A stretch of 64,000 nucleotides of DNA. Source: Eledone cirrhosa (Eukaryota). Position numbers and translations under genes: made by a program. The notes below the pieces were generated by a model. It did not search any database, was not told the DNA's origin, and saw only the letters and a list, made by a program, of their open reading frames with translations. Every line of letters starts with the position of its first letter. Within the stretch, counting starts at the first letter, position 1. The stretch lies in contig OZ024744.1 in assembly GCA_964016885.1 (NCBI GenBank), forward strand, positions 119,164,001 to 119,228,000, read 5' to 3'. Positions 29,520-46,144 of this stretch are shown one piece after another.

Positions 29520-32500
29520 TACTGTAACAACTGCCTTGGTGTTACTAACATTATTACTGTAACAACTGACTTGGTGTTACTAACATTATTACTGTAACAA
29601 CTGACTTGGTGTTACTAACATTATTACTGTAACAACTGACTTGCTGTTACTAACATTATTACTGTAACAACTGACTTGGTGTTACTAACATTATTTCTGT
29701 AACAACTGACTTGGTGTTACTAACATTATTACTGTAACAACTGACTAATGTTACTAACATTATTACTGTAACAACTGACTAATGTTACTAACATTATTAC
29801 TGTAACAACTGACTAATGTTACTAACATTATTACTGCAACAAATGACTAATGTTACTAACATTATTACTGTAACAACTGACTTGGTGTTACTAACATTAT
29901 TACTGTAACAATTGACTTGGTGTTACTAACATTATTACTGTAACAACTGACTAATGTTACTAACGTTATTACTGTAACAACTGACTAATGTTACTAACAT
30001 TATTACTGTAACAACTGACTTGGTGTTACTAACATTATTACTGTAACAACTGACTTGGTGTTACTAACATTATTACTGTAACAACTGACTAATGTTACTA
30101 ACGTTATTACTGTAACAACTGACTTGGTGTTACTAACATTATTACTGTAACAACTGACTAATGTTACTAACATTATTACTGTAACAATTGACTAATGTTA
30201 CTAACATTATTACTGTAACAAATGACTAATGTTACTAACATTATTACTGTAACAACTGACTAATGTTACTAACATTATTACTGTAACAACTGACTAATGT
30301 TACTAACATTATTACTGTAACTACTAACTAATGTTACTAACATTATTACTGTAACAACTGACTTGGTGTTACTAACATTATTACTGTAACAACTGACTTG
30401 GTGTTACTAACATTATTACTGTAACAACTGACTAATGTTACTAACATTATTACTGTAACAACTGACTTGGTGTTACTAACATTATTACTGTAACAACTGA
30501 CTTGGTGTTACTAACATTATTACTGTAACAACTGACTAATGTTACTAACATTATTACTGTAACAACTGACTTGGTGTTACTAACATTATTACTGTAACAA
30601 TTGACTTGGTGTTACTAACATTATTACTGTAACAATTGACTAATGTTACTAACATTATTACTGTAACAACTGACTTGGTGTTACTAACATTATTACTGTA
30701 ACAACTGACTTGGTGTTACTAACATTATTACTGTAACAACTGACTTGGTGTTACTAACATTATTAATGTAACAACTGGCTAATGTTACTAACATTATTAC
30801 TGTAACAACTGACTTGGTGTTACTAACATTATTACTGTAACAACTGACTAATGTTACTAACGTTATTACTGTAACAACTGACTAGGTGTTACTAACATTA
30901 TTACTGTAACAACTGACTTGGTGTTACTAACATTATTACTGTAACAACTGACTAATGTTACTAACATTATTACTGTAACAACTGACTTGGTGTTACTAAC
31001 ATTATTACTGTAACAACTGACTTGGTGTTACTAACATTATTACTGTAACAATTGACTAATGTTACTAACATTATTACTGTAACAATTGACTAATGTTACT
31101 AACATTATTACTGTAACAAATGACTAATGTTACTAACATTATTACTGTAACAACTGACTAATGTTACTAACATTATTACTGTAACTACTAACTAATGTTA
31201 CTAACATTATTACTGTAACAACTGACTTGGTGTTACTAACATTATTACTGTAACAACTGCCTTGGTGTTACTAACATTATTACTGTAACAACTGACTTGG
31301 TGTTACTAACATTATTACTGTAACAACTGACTTGGTGTTACTAACATTATTACTGTAACAACTGACTTGCTGTTACTAACATTATTACTGTAACAACTGA
31401 CTTGGTGTTACTAACATTATTTCTGTAACAACTGACTTGGTGTTACAAACATTATTACTGTAACAACTGACTAATGTTACTAACATTATTACTGTAACAA
31501 CTGACTAATGTTACTAACATTATTACTGTAACAACTGACTAATGTTACTAACATTATTACTGCAACAAATGACTAATGTTACTAACATTATTACTGTAAC
31601 AACTGACTTGGTGTTACTAACATTACTACTGTAACAATTGACTTGGTGTTACTAACATTATTACTGTAACAACTGACTAATGTTACTAACGTTATTACTG
31701 TAACAACTGACTAATGTTACTAACATTATTACTGTAACAACTGACTTGGTGTTACTAACATTATTACTGTAACAACTGACTTGGTGTTACTAACATTATT
31801 ACTGTAACAACTGACTAATGTTACTAACGTTATTACTGTAACAACTGACTTGGTGTTACTAACATTATTACTGTAACAACTGACTAATGTTACTAACATT
31901 ATTACTGTAACAATTGACTAATGTTACTAACATTATTACTGTAACAAATGACTAATGTTACTAACATTATTACTGTAACAACTGACTAATGTTACTAACA
32001 TTATTACTGTAACAACTGACTAATGTTACTAACATTATTACTGTAACTACTAACTAATGTTACTAACATTATTACTGTAACAACTGACTTGGTGTTACTA
32101 ACATTATTACTGTAACAACTGACTTGGTGTTACTAACATTATTACTGTAACAACTGACTAATGTTACTAACATTATTACTGTAACAACTGACTTGGTGTT
32201 ACTAACATTATTACTGTAACAACTGACTTGGTGTTACTAACATTATTACTGTAACAACTGACTAATGTTACTAACATTATTACTGTAACAACTGACTTGG
32301 TGTTACTAACATTATTACTGTAACAATTGACTTGGTGTTACTAACATTATTACTGTAACAATTGACTAATGTTACTAACATTATTACTGTAACAACTGAC
32401 TTGGTGTTACTAACATTATTACTGTAACAACTGACTTGGTGTTACTAACATTATTAATGTAACAACTGGCTAATGTTACTAACATTATTACTGTAACAAC

Positions 32501-35500
32501 TGACTTGGTGTTACTAACATTATTACTGTAACAACTGACTAATGTTACTAACGTTATTACTGTAACAACTGACTAGGTGTTACTAACATTATTACTGTAA
32601 CAACTGACTTGGTGTTACTAACATTATTACTGTAACAACTGACTAATGTTACTAACATTATTACTGTAACAACTGACTTGGTGTTACTAACATTATTACT
32701 GTAACAACTGACTTGGTGTTACTAACATTATTACTGTAACAACTGCCTTGGTGTTACTAACATTATTACTGTAACAACTGACTTGGTGTTACTAACATTA
32801 TTACTGTAACAACTGACTTGGTGTTACTAACATTATTACTGTAACAACTGACTTGCTGTTACTAACATTATTACTGTAACAACTGACTTGGTGTTACTAA
32901 CATTATTTCTGTAACAACTGACTTGGTGTTACTAACATTATTACTGTAACAACTGACTAATGTTACTAACATTATTACTGTAACAACTGACTAATGTTAC
33001 TAACATTATTACTGTAACAACTGACTAATGTTACTAACATTATTACTGCAACAAATGACTAATGTTACTAACATTATTACTGTAACAACTGACTTGGTGT
33101 TACTAACATTATTACTGTAACAATTGACTTGGTGTTACTAACATTATTACTGTAACAACTGACTAATGTTACTAACGTTATTACTGTAACAACTGACTAA
33201 TGTTACTAACATTATTACTGTAACAACTGACTTGGTGTTACTAACATTATTACTGTAACAACTGACTTGGTGTTACTAACATTATTACTGTAACAACTGA
33301 CTAATGTTACTAACGTTATTACTGTAACAACTGACTTGGTGTTACTAACATTATTACTGTAACAACTGACTAATGTTACTAACATTATTACTGTAACAAT
33401 TGACTAATGTTACTAACATTATTACTGTAACAAATGACTAATGTTACTAACATTATTACTGTAACAACTGACTAATGTTACTAACATTATTACTGTAACA
33501 ACTGACTAATGTTACTAACATTATTACTGTAACTACTAACTAATGTTACTAACATTATTACTGTAACAACTGACTTGGTGTTACTAACATTATTACTGTA
33601 ACAACTGACTTGGTGTTACTAACATTATTACTGTAACAACTGACTAATGTTACTAACATTATTACTGTAACAACTGACTTGGTGTTACTAACATTATTAC
33701 TGTAACAACTGACTTGGTGTTACTAACATTATTACTGTAACAACTGACTAATGTTACTAACATTATTACTGTAACAACTGACTTGGTGTTACTAACATTA
33801 TTACTGTAACAATTGACTTGGTGTTACTAACATTATTACTGTAACAATTGACTAATGTTACTAACATTATTACTGTAACAACTGACTTGGTGTTACTAAC
33901 ATTATTACTGTAACAACTGACTTGGTGTTACTAACATTATTACTGTAACAACTGACTTGGTGTTACTAACATTATTAATGTAACAACTGGCTAATGTTAC
34001 TAACATTATTACTGTAACAACTGACTTGGTGTTACTAACATTATTACTGTAACAACTGACTAATGTTACTAACGTTATTACTGTAACAACTGACTAGGTG
34101 TTACTAACATTATTACTGTAACAACTGACTTGGTGTTACTAACATTATTACTGTAACAACTGACTAATGTTACTAACATTATTACTGTAACAACTGACTT
34201 GGTGTTACTAACATTATTACTGTAACAACTGACTTGGTGTTACTAACATTATTACTGTAACAATTGACTAATGTTACTAACATTATTACTGTAACAATTG
34301 ACTAATGTTACTAACATTATTACTGTAACAAATGACTAATGTTACTAACATTATTACTGTAACAACTGACTAATGTTACTAACATTATTACTGTAACAAC
34401 TGACTAATGTTACTAACATTATTACTGTAACTACTAACTAATGTTACTAACATTATTACTGTAACAACTGACTTGGTGTTACTAACATTATTACTGTAAC
34501 AACTGCCTTGGTGTTACTAACATTATTACTGTAACAACTGACTTGGTGTTACTAACATTATTACTGTAACAACTGACTTGGTGTTACTAACATTATTACT
34601 GTAACAACTGACTTGCTGTTACTAACATTATTACTGTAACAACTGACTTGGTGTTACTAACATTATTTCTGTAACAACTGACTTGGTGTTACTAACATTA
34701 TTACTGTAACAACTGACTAATGTTACTAACATTATTACTGTAACAACTGACTAATGTTACTAACATTATTACTGTAACAACTGACTAATGTTACTAACAT
34801 TATTACTGCAACAAATGACTAATGTTACTAACATTATTACTGTAACAACTGACTTGGTGTTACTAACATTACTACTGTAACAATTGACTTGGTGTTACTA
34901 ACATTATTACTGTAACAACTGACTAATGTTACTAACGTTATTACTGTAACAACTGACTAATGTTACTAACATTATTACTGTAACAACTGACTTGGTGTTA
35001 CTAACATTATTACTGTAACAACTGACTTGGTGTTACTAACATTATTACTGTAACAACTGACTAATGTTACTAACGTTATTACTGTAACAACTGACTTGGT
35101 GTTACTAACATTATTACTGTAACAACTGACTAATGTTACTAACATTATTACTGTAACAATTGACTAATGTTACTAACATTATTACTGTAACAAATGACTA
35201 ATGTTACTAACATTATTACTGTAACAACTGACTAATGTTACTAACATTATTACTGTAACAACTGACTAATGTTACTAACATTATTACTGTAACTACTAAC
35301 TAATGTTACTAACATTATTACTGTAACAACTGACTTGGTGTTACTAACATTATTACTGTAACAACTGACTTGGTTTTACTAACATTATTACTGTAACAAC
35401 TGACTAATGTTACTAACATTATTACTGTAACAACTGACTTGGTGTTACTAACATTATTACTGTAACAACTGACTTGGTGTTACTAACATTATTACTGTAA

Positions 35501-35900
35501 CAACTGACTAATGTTACTAACATTATTACTGTAACAACTGACTTGGTGTTACTAACATTATTACTGTAACAATTGACTTGGTGTTACTAACATTATTACT
35601 GTAACAATTGACTAATGTTACTAACATTATTACTGTAACAACTGACTTGGTGTTACTAACATTATTACTGTAACAACTGACTTGGTGTTACTAACATTAT
35701 TAATGTAACAACTGGCTAATGTTACTAACATTATTACTGTAACAACTGACTTGGTGTTACTAACATTATTACTGTAACAACTGACTAATGTTACTAACGT
35801 TATTACTGTAACAACTGACTAGGTGTTACTAACATTATTACTGTAACAACTGACTTGGTGTTACTAACATTATTACTGTAACAACTGACTAATGTTACTA
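29520..35900 (+). repeat. Higher-order duplication of ~3.2 kb, each copy made of two related 1.5-1.75 kb sub-blocks
   Basis: TGCAACAAAT at 29835, 31561, 33047 and 34807 (alternate offsets 3212 and 3246). CATTACTACT at 31621 and 34867. Boundaries are approximate. Confidence 0.75.
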
Positions 35901-38900
35901 ACATTATTACTGTAACAACTGACTTGGCGTTACTAACATTATTACTGTAACAAATGACTAATGTTACTAACATTATTACTGTAACAACTGACTAATGTTA
36001 CTAACATTATTACTGTAACAACTGACTAATGGTACTAACATTTTTACTGTAACAACTGACTTGGTGTTACTAACATTATTACTGTAACAACTGACTTGGT
36101 GTTACTAACATTATTACTGTAACAACTGACTAATGTTACTAACATTATTACTGTAACAACTCACTAATGTTACTAACATTATTACTGTAACAATTGACTT
36201 GGTGTTACTAACATTATTACTGTAACAACTGACTTGGTGTTACTAACATTATTACTGTAACAACTGACTTGGTGTTACTAACTTTATTACTGTAACAACT
36301 GACTTGGTGTTACTAACATTATTACTGTAACAACTGACTAATGGTACTGACATTATTACTGTAACAACTGACTAATGGTACTAACATTATTACTGTAACA
36401 ACTGACTTGGTGTTACTAACGTTATTACTGTAACAACTGACTTGGTGTTACTAACATTATTACTGTGACAACTGACTAATGTTACTAACATTATTACTGT
36501 AACAACTGACTTGGTGTTACTTACATTATTACTGTAACAACTGACTTGGTGTTACTAACATTATTACTGTAACAACTGACTTGGTGTTACTAACATTATT
36601 ACTGTAACAACGGACTTGGTGTTACTAACATTATTACTGTAATAACTGACTTGGTGTTACTAACATTATTACTGTAACAACTGACTTGGCGTTACTAACA
36701 TTATTACTGTAACAACTGACTTGGTGTTACTAACATTATTACTGTAACAACTGACTTGGTGTTACTAACATTATTACTGTAACAACTGACTTGGTGTTAT
36801 AAACATTATTACTGTAACAACTGACTTGGTGTTACTAACATTATTACTGTAACAACTGACTTGGTGTTACTAACATTATTACTGTAACAACTGACTTGGT
36901 GTTACTAACATTATTACTGTAACAACTGACTTGGTGTTACTAACATTATGACTGTAACAACTGACTTGGTGTTACTAACATTATTACTGTAACAACTGAC
37001 TTGGTGTTACTAACATTATTACTGTAACAACTGACTTGGTGTTACTAACATTATTACTGTAACAACTGACTAATGTTACTAACATTATTACTGTAACAAC
37101 TGACTTGGTGTTACTAACATTATTACTGTAACAACTGACTAATGTTACTAACATTATTACTGTAACAACTGACTTGGTGTTACTAACATTATTACTGTAA
37201 TAAATGACTAATGTTACTAACATTATTACTGTAACAACTGACTAATGTTACTAACGTTATTACTGTAACAACTGACTAGGTGTTACTAACATTATTACTG
37301 TAACAACTGACTTGGTGTTACTAACATTATTACTGTAACAACTGACTAATGTTACTAACATTATTACTGTAACAACTGACTTGGTGTTACTAACATTATT
37401 ACTGTAACAAATGACTAATGTTACTAACATTATTACTGTAACAACTGACTAATGTTACTAACATTATTACTGTAACAACTGACTAATGGTACTAACATTA
37501 TTACTGTAACAACTGACTTGGTGTTACTAACATTATTACTGTAACAACTGACTTGGTGTTACTAACATTATTACTGTAACAAATGACTAATGTTACTAAC
37601 ATTATTACTGTAACAACTGACTAATGTTACTAACATTATTACTGTAACAATTGACTTGGTGTTACTAACATTATTACTGTAACAACTGACTTGGTGTTAC
37701 TAACATTATCACTGTAACAACTGACTAATGGTACTAACATTATTACTGTAACAACTGACTAATGGTACTAACATTATTACTGTAACACCTGACTTGGTGT
37801 TACTAACGTTATTACTGTAACAACTGACTTGGTGTTACTAACATTATTACTGTGACAACTGACTAATGTTACTAACATTATTACTGTAACAACTGACTTG
37901 GTGTTACTAACATTATTACTGTGACAACTGACTAATGTTACTAACATTATTACTGTAACAACTGACTTGGTGTTACTAACATTATTACTGTGACAACTGA
38001 CAAATGTTACTAACATTATTACTGTAACAACTGACTTGGTGTTACTAACATTATTACTGTGACAACTGACTAATGTTACTAACATTATTACTGTAACAAC
38101 TGACTAATGTTACTAACATTATTACTGTAACAACTGACTAATGTTACTAACATTATTACTGCAACAAATGACTAATGTTACTAACATTATTACTGTAACA
38201 ACTGACTTGGTGTTACTAACATTATTTCTGTAACAACTGACTTGGTGTTACTAACATTATTACTGTAACAACTGACTAATGTTACTAACATTATTACTGT
38301 AACAACTGACTAATGTTACTAACATTATTACTGTAACAACTGACTAATGTTACTAACATTATTACTGCAACAAATGACTAATGTTACTAACATTATTACT
38401 GTAACAACTGACTTGGTGTTACTAACATTACTACTGTAACAATTGACTTGGTGTTACTAACATTATTACTGTAACAACTGACTAATGTTACTAACGTTAT
38501 TACTGTAACAACTGACTAATGTTACTAACATTATTACTGTAACAACTGACTTGGTGTTACTAACATTATTACTGTAACAACTGACTTGGTGTTACTAACA
38601 TTATTACTGTAACAACTGACTAATGTTACTAACGTTATTACTGTAACAACTGACTTGGTGTTACTAACATTATTACTGTAACAACTGACTAATGTTACTA
38701 ACATTATTACTGTAACAATTGACTAATGTTACTAACATTATTACTGTAACAAATGACTAATGTTACTAACATTATTACTGTAACAACTGACTAATGTTAC
38801 TAACATTATTACTGTAACAACTGACTAATGTTACTAACATTATTACTGTAACTACTAACTAATGTTACTAACATTATTACTGTAACAACTGACTTGGTGT

Positions 38901-41900
38901 TACTAACATTATTACTGTAACAACTGACTTGGTGTTACTAACATTATTACTGTAACAACTGACTAATGTTACTAACATTATTACTGTAACAACTGACTTG
39001 GTGTTACTAACATTATTACTGTAACAACTGACTTGGTGTTACTAACATTATTACTGTAACAACTGACTAATGTTACTAACATTATTACTGTAACAACTGA
39101 CTTGGTGTTACTAACATTATTACTGTAACAATTGACTTGGTGTTACTAACATTATTACTGTAACAATTGACTAATGTTACTAACATTATTACTGTAACAA
39201 CTGACTTGGTGTTACTAACATTATTACTGTAACAACTGACTTGGTGTTACTAACATTATTAATGTAACAACTGGCTAATGTTACTAACATTATTACTGTA
39301 ACAACTGACTTGGTGTTACTAACATTATTACTGTAACAACTGACTAATGTTACTAACGTTATTACTGTAACAACTGACTAGGTGTTACTAACATTATTAC
39401 TGTAACAACTGACTTGGTGTTACTAACATTATTACTGTAACAACTGACTAATGTTACTAACATTATTACTGTAACAACTGACTTGGCGTTACTAACATTA
39501 TTACTGTAACAAATGACTAATGTTACTAACATTATTACTGTAACAACTGACTAATGTTACTAACATTATTACTGTAACAACTGACTAATGGTACTAACAT
39601 TTTTACTGTAACAACTGACTTGGTGTTACTAACATTATTACTGTAACAACTGACTTGGTGTTACTAACATTATTACTGTAACAACTGACTAATGTTACTA
39701 ACATTATTACTGTAACAACTCACTAATGTTACTAACATTATTACTGTAACAATTGACTTGGTGTTACTAACATTATTACTGTAACAACTGACTTGGTGTT
39801 ACTAACATTATTACTGTAACAACTGACTTGGTGTTACTAACTTTATTACTGTAACAACTGACTTGGTGTTACTAACATTATTACTGTAACAACTGACTAA
39901 TGGTACTGACATTATTACTGTAACAACTGACTAATGGTACTAACATTATTACTGTAACAACTGACTTGGTGTTACTAACGTTATTACTGTAACAACTGAC
40001 TTGGTGTTACTAACATTATTACTGTGACAACTGACTAATGTTACTAACATTATTACTGTAACAACTGACTTGGTGTTACTTACATTATTACTGTAACAAC
40101 TGACTTGGTGTTACTAACATTATTACTGTAACAACTGACTTGGTGTTACTAACATTATTACTGTAACAACGGACTTGGTGTTACTAACATTATTACTGTA
40201 ATAACTGACTTGGTGTTACTAACATTATTACTGTAACAACTGACTTGGCGTTACTAACATTATTACTGTAACAACTGACTTGGTGTTACTAACATTATTA
40301 CTGTAACAACTGACTTGGTGTTACTAACATTATTACTGTAACAACTGACTTGGTGTTATAAACATTATTACTGTAACAACTGACTTGGTGTTACTAACAT
40401 TATTACTGTAACAACTGACTTGGTGTTACTAACATTATTACTGTAACAACTGACTTGGTGTTACTAACATTATTACTGTAACAACTGACTTGGTGTTACT
40501 AACATTATGACTGTAACAACTGACTTGGTGTTACTAACATTATTACTGTAACAACTGACTTGGTGTTACTAACATTATTACTGTAACAACTGACTTGGTG
40601 TTACTAACATTATTACTGTAACAACTGACTAATGTTACTAACATTATTACTGTAACAACTGACTTGGTGTTACTAACATTATTACTGTAACAACTGACTA
40701 ATGTTACTAACATTATTACTGTAACAACTGACTTGGTGTTACTAACATTATTACTGTAATAAATGACTAATGTTACTAACATTATTACTGTAACAACTGA
40801 CTAATGTTACTAACGTTATTACTGTAACAACTGACTAGGTGTTACTAACATTATTACTGTAACAACTGACTTGGTGTTACTAACATTATTACTGTAACAA
40901 CTGACTAATGTTACTAACATTATTACTGTAACAACTGACTTGGTGTTACTAACATTATTACTGTAACAAATGACTAATGTTACTAACATTATTACTGTAA
41001 CAACTGACTAATGTTACTAACATTATTACTGTAACAACTGACTAATGGTACTAACATTATTACTGTAACAACTGACTTGGTGTTACTAACATTATTACTG
41101 TAACAACTGACTTGGTGTTACTAACATTATTACTGTAACAAATGACTAATGTTACTAACATTATTACTGTAACAACTGACTAATGTTACTAACATTATTA
41201 CTGTAACAATTGACTTGGTGTTACTAACATTATTACTGTAACAACTGACTTGGTGTTACTAACATTATCACTGTAACAACTGACTAATGGTACTAACATT
41301 ATTACTGTAACAACTGACTAATGGTACTAACATTATTACTGTAACACCTGACTTGGTGTTACTAACGTTATTACTGTAACAACTGACTTGGTGTTACTAA
41401 CATTATTACTGTGACAACTGACTAATGTTACTAACATTATTACTGTAACAACTGACTTGGTGTTACTAACATTATTACTGTGACAACTGACTAATGTTAC
41501 TAACATTATTACTGTAACAACTGACTTGGTGTTACTAACATTATTACTGTGACAACTGACAAATGTTACTAACATTATTACTGTAACAACTGACTTGGTG
41601 TTACTAACATTATTACTGTGACAACTGACTAATGTTACTAACATTATTACTGTAACAACTGACTTGGTGTTACTAACATTATTACTGTAACAACTGACTT
41701 GGTGTTACTAACATTATTACTGTAACAACTGACTTGGTGTTACTAACATTATTAATGTAACAACTGGCTAATGTTACTAACATTATTACTGTAACAACTG
41801 ACTTGGTGTTACTAACATTATTACTGTAACAACTGACTAATGTTACTAACGTTATTACTGTAACAACTGACTAGGTGTTACTAACATTATTACTGTAACA

Positions 41901-44900
41901 ACTGACTTGGTGTTACTAACATTATTACTGTAACAACTGACTAATGTTACTAACATTATTACTGTAACAACTGACTTGGCGTTACTAACATTATTACTGT
42001 AACAAATGACTAATGTTACTAACATTATTACTGTAACAACTGACTAATGTTACTAACATTATTACTGTAACAACTGACTAATGGTACTAACATTATTACT
42101 GTAACAACTGACTTGGTGTTACTAACATTATTACTGTAACAACTGACTTGGTGTTACAAACATTATTACTGTAACAACTGACTAATGTTACTAACATTAT
42201 TACTGTAACAACTCACTAATGTTACTAACATTATTACTGTAACAATTGACTTGGTGTTACTAACATTATTACTGTAACAACTGACTTGGTGTTACTAACA
42301 TTATTACTGTAACAACTGACTTGGTTTTACTAACTTTATTACTGTAACAACTGACTTGGTGTTACTAACATTATTACTGTAACAACTGACTAATGGTACT
42401 AACATTATTACTGTAACAACTGACTAATGGTACTAACATTATTACTGTAACAACTGACTTGGTGTTACTAACGTTATTACTGTAACAACTGACTTGGTGT
42501 TACTAACATTATTACTGTGACAACTGACTAATGTTACTAACATTATTACTGTAACAACTGACTTGGTGTTACTTACATTATTACTGTAACAACTGACTTG
42601 GTGTTACTAACATTATTACTGTGACAACTGACTTGGTGTTACTAACATTATTACTGTAACAACGGACTTGGTGTTACTAACATTATTACTGTAACAACTG
42701 ACTTGGTGTTACTAACATTATTAATGTAACAACTGGCTAATGTTACTAACATTATTACTGTAACAACTGACTAGGTGTTACTAACATTATTACTGTAACA
42801 ACTGACTTGGTGTTACTAACATTATTACTGTAACAACTGACTAATGTTACTAACATTATTACTGTAACAACTGACTTGGCGTTACTAACATTATTACTGT
42901 AACAAATGACTAATGTTACTAACATTATTACTGTAACAACTGACTAATGTTACTAACATTATTACTGTAACAACTGACTAATGGTACTAACATTTTTACT
43001 GTAACAACTGACTTGGTGTTACTAACATTATTACTGTAACAACTGACTTGGTGTTACTAACATTATTACTGTAACAACTGACTAATGTTACTAACATTAT
43101 TACTGTAACAACTCACTAATGTTACTAACATTATTACTGTAACAATTGACTTGGTGTTACTAACATTATTACTGTAACAACTGACTTGGTGTTACTAACA
43201 TTATTACTGTAACAACTGACTTGGTGTTACTAACTTTATTACTGTAACAACTGACTTGGTGTTACTAACATTATTACTGTAACAACTGACTAATGGTACT
43301 GACATTATTACTGTAACAACTGACTAATGGTACTAACATTATTACTGTAACAACTGACTTGGTGTTACTAACGTTATTACTGTAACAACTGACTTGGTGT
43401 TACTAACATTATTACTGTGACAACTGACTAATGTTACTAACATTATTACTGTAACAACTGACTTGGTGTTACTTACATTATTACTGTAACAACTGACTTG
43501 GTGTTACTAACATTATTACTGTAACAACTGACTTGGTGTTACTAACATTATTACTGTAACAACGGACTTGGTGTTACTAACATTATTACTGTAATAACTG
43601 ACTTGGTGTTACTAACATTATTACTGTAACAACTGACTTGGCGTTACTAACATTATTACTGTAACAACTGACTTGGTGTTACTAACATTATTACTGTAAC
43701 AACTGACTTGGTGTTACTAACATTATTACTGTAACAACTGACTTGGTGTTATAAACATTATTACTGTAACAACTGACTTGGTGTTACTAACATTATTACT
43801 GTAACAACTGACTTGGTGTTACTAACATTATTACTGTAACAACTGACTTGGTGTTACTAACATTATTACTGTAACAACTGACTTGGTGTTACTAACATTA
43901 TGACTGTAACAACTGACTTGGTGTTACTAACATTATTACTGTAACAACTGACTTGGTGTTACTAACATTATTACTGTAACAACTGACTTGGTGTTACTAA
44001 CATTATTACTGTAACAACTGACTAATGTTACTAACATTATTACTGTAACAACTGACTTGGTGTTACTAACATTATTACTGTAACAACTGACTAATGTTAC
44101 TAACATTATTACTGTAACAACTGACTTGGTGTTACTAACATTATTACTGTAACAAATGACTAATGTTACTAACATTATTACTGTAACAACTGACTAATGT
44201 TACTAACGTTATTACTGTAACAACTGACTAGGTGTTACTAACATTATTACTGTAACAACTGACTTGGTGTTACTAACATTATTACTGTAACAACTGACTA
44301 ATGTTACTAACATTATTACTGTAACAACTGACTTGGTGTTACTAACATTATTACTGTAACAAATGACTAATGTTACTAACATTATTACTGTAACAACTGA
44401 CTAATGTTACTAACATTATTACTGTAACAACTGACTAATGGTACTAACATTATTACTGTAACAACTGACTTGGTGTTACTAACATTATTACTGTAACAAC
44501 TGACTTGGTGTTACTAACATTATTACTGTAACAACTGACTAATGTTACTAACATTATTACTGTAACAACTGACTAATGTTACTAACATTATTACTGTAAC
44601 AATTGACTTGGTGTTACTAACATTATTACTGTAACAACTGACTTGGTGTTACTAACATTATCACTGTAACAACTGACTAATGGTACTAACATTATTACTG
44701 TAACAACTGACTAATGGTACTAACATTATTACTGTAACACCTGACTTGGTGTTACTAACGTTATTACTGTAACAACTGACTTGGTGTTACTAACATTATT
44801 ACTGTGACAACTGACTAATGTTACTAACATTATTACTGTAACAACTGACTTGGTGTTACTAACATTATTACTGTGACAACTGACTAATGTTACTAACATT

Positions 44901-46033
44901 ATTACTGTAACAACTGACTTGGTGTTACTAACATTATTACTGTGACAACTGACAAATGTTACTAACATTATTACTGTAACAACTGACTTGGTGTTACTAA
45001 CATTATTACTGTGACAACTGACTAATGTTACTAACATTATTACTGTAACAACTGACTTGGTGTTACTAACATTATTACTGTAACAACTGACTTGGTGTTA
45101 CTAACATTATTACTGTAACAACTGACTTGGTGTTACTAACATTATTAATGTAACAACTGGCTAATGTTACTAACATTATTACTGTAACAACTGACTTGGT
45201 GTTACTAACATTATTACTGTAACAACTGACTAATGTTACTAACGTTATTACTGTAACAACTGACTAGGTGTTACTAACATTATTACTGTAACAACTGACT
45301 TGGTGTTACTAACATTATTACTGTAACAACTGACTAATGTTACTAACATTATTACTGTAACAACTGACTTGGCGTTATTAACATTATTACTGTAACAAAT
45401 GACTAATGTTACTAACATTATTACTGTAACAACTGACTAATGTTACTAACATTATTACTGTAACAACTGACTAATGGTACTAACATTATTACTGTAACAA
45501 CTGACTTGGTGTTACTAACATTATTACTGTAACAACTGACTTGGTGTTACAAACATTATTACTGTAACAACTGACTAATGTTACTAACATTATTACTGTA
45601 ACAACTCACTAATGTTACTAACATTATTACTGTAACAATTGACTTGGTGTTACTAACATTATTACTGTAACAACTGACTTGGTGTTACTAACATTATTAC
45701 TGTAACAACTGACTTGGTTTTACTAACTTTATTACTGTAACAACTGACTTGGTGTTACTAACATTATTACTGTAACAACTGACTAATGGTACTAACATTA
45801 TTACTGTAACAACTGACTAATGGTACTAACATTATTACTGTAACAACTGACTTGGTGTTACTAACGTTATTACTGTAACAACTGACTTGGTGTTACTAAC
45901 ATTATTACTGTGACAACTGACTAATGTTACTAACATTATTACTGTAACAACTGACTTGGTGTTACTTACATTATTACTGTAACAACTGACTTGGTGTTAC
46001 TAACATTATTACTGTAACAACTGACTTGGTGTT

Positions 46034-46046
46034 GAGTTCAAATCCC
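46034..46046 (+). promoter_or_regulatory. RNA polymerase III B-box-like motif (GAGTTCAAATCCC); A-box absent
   Basis: Matches the tRNA T-loop/B-box consensus GTTCRANNC. The same motif is at 2254-2265. Only satellite lies upstream, so the internal promoter is incomplete. Confidence 0.55.
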
Positions 46047-46144
46047 GCCGAGGTTAACTTTGCCTTTCATCCTTACGGGGTCGATAAAATAAAGTACCAG
46101 TAATACACTGGGTAATTGCTGGCCTTGTGCCTAAAATAGAAACA
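46034..46144 (+). mobile_element. 5'-truncated tRNA-derived SINE fragment (copy 2), same family, replacing 6 bp (ACTAAC) of a satellite monomer
   Basis: 111 bp GAGTTCAAATCCCGCCGAGGTTAAC...GCCTAAAATAGAAACA. It differs from copy 1 by 7 substitutions over the 109 shared bp. Left junction is after ...TTGGTGTT; right junction is at ATTATTACTG (46145). Confidence 0.8.
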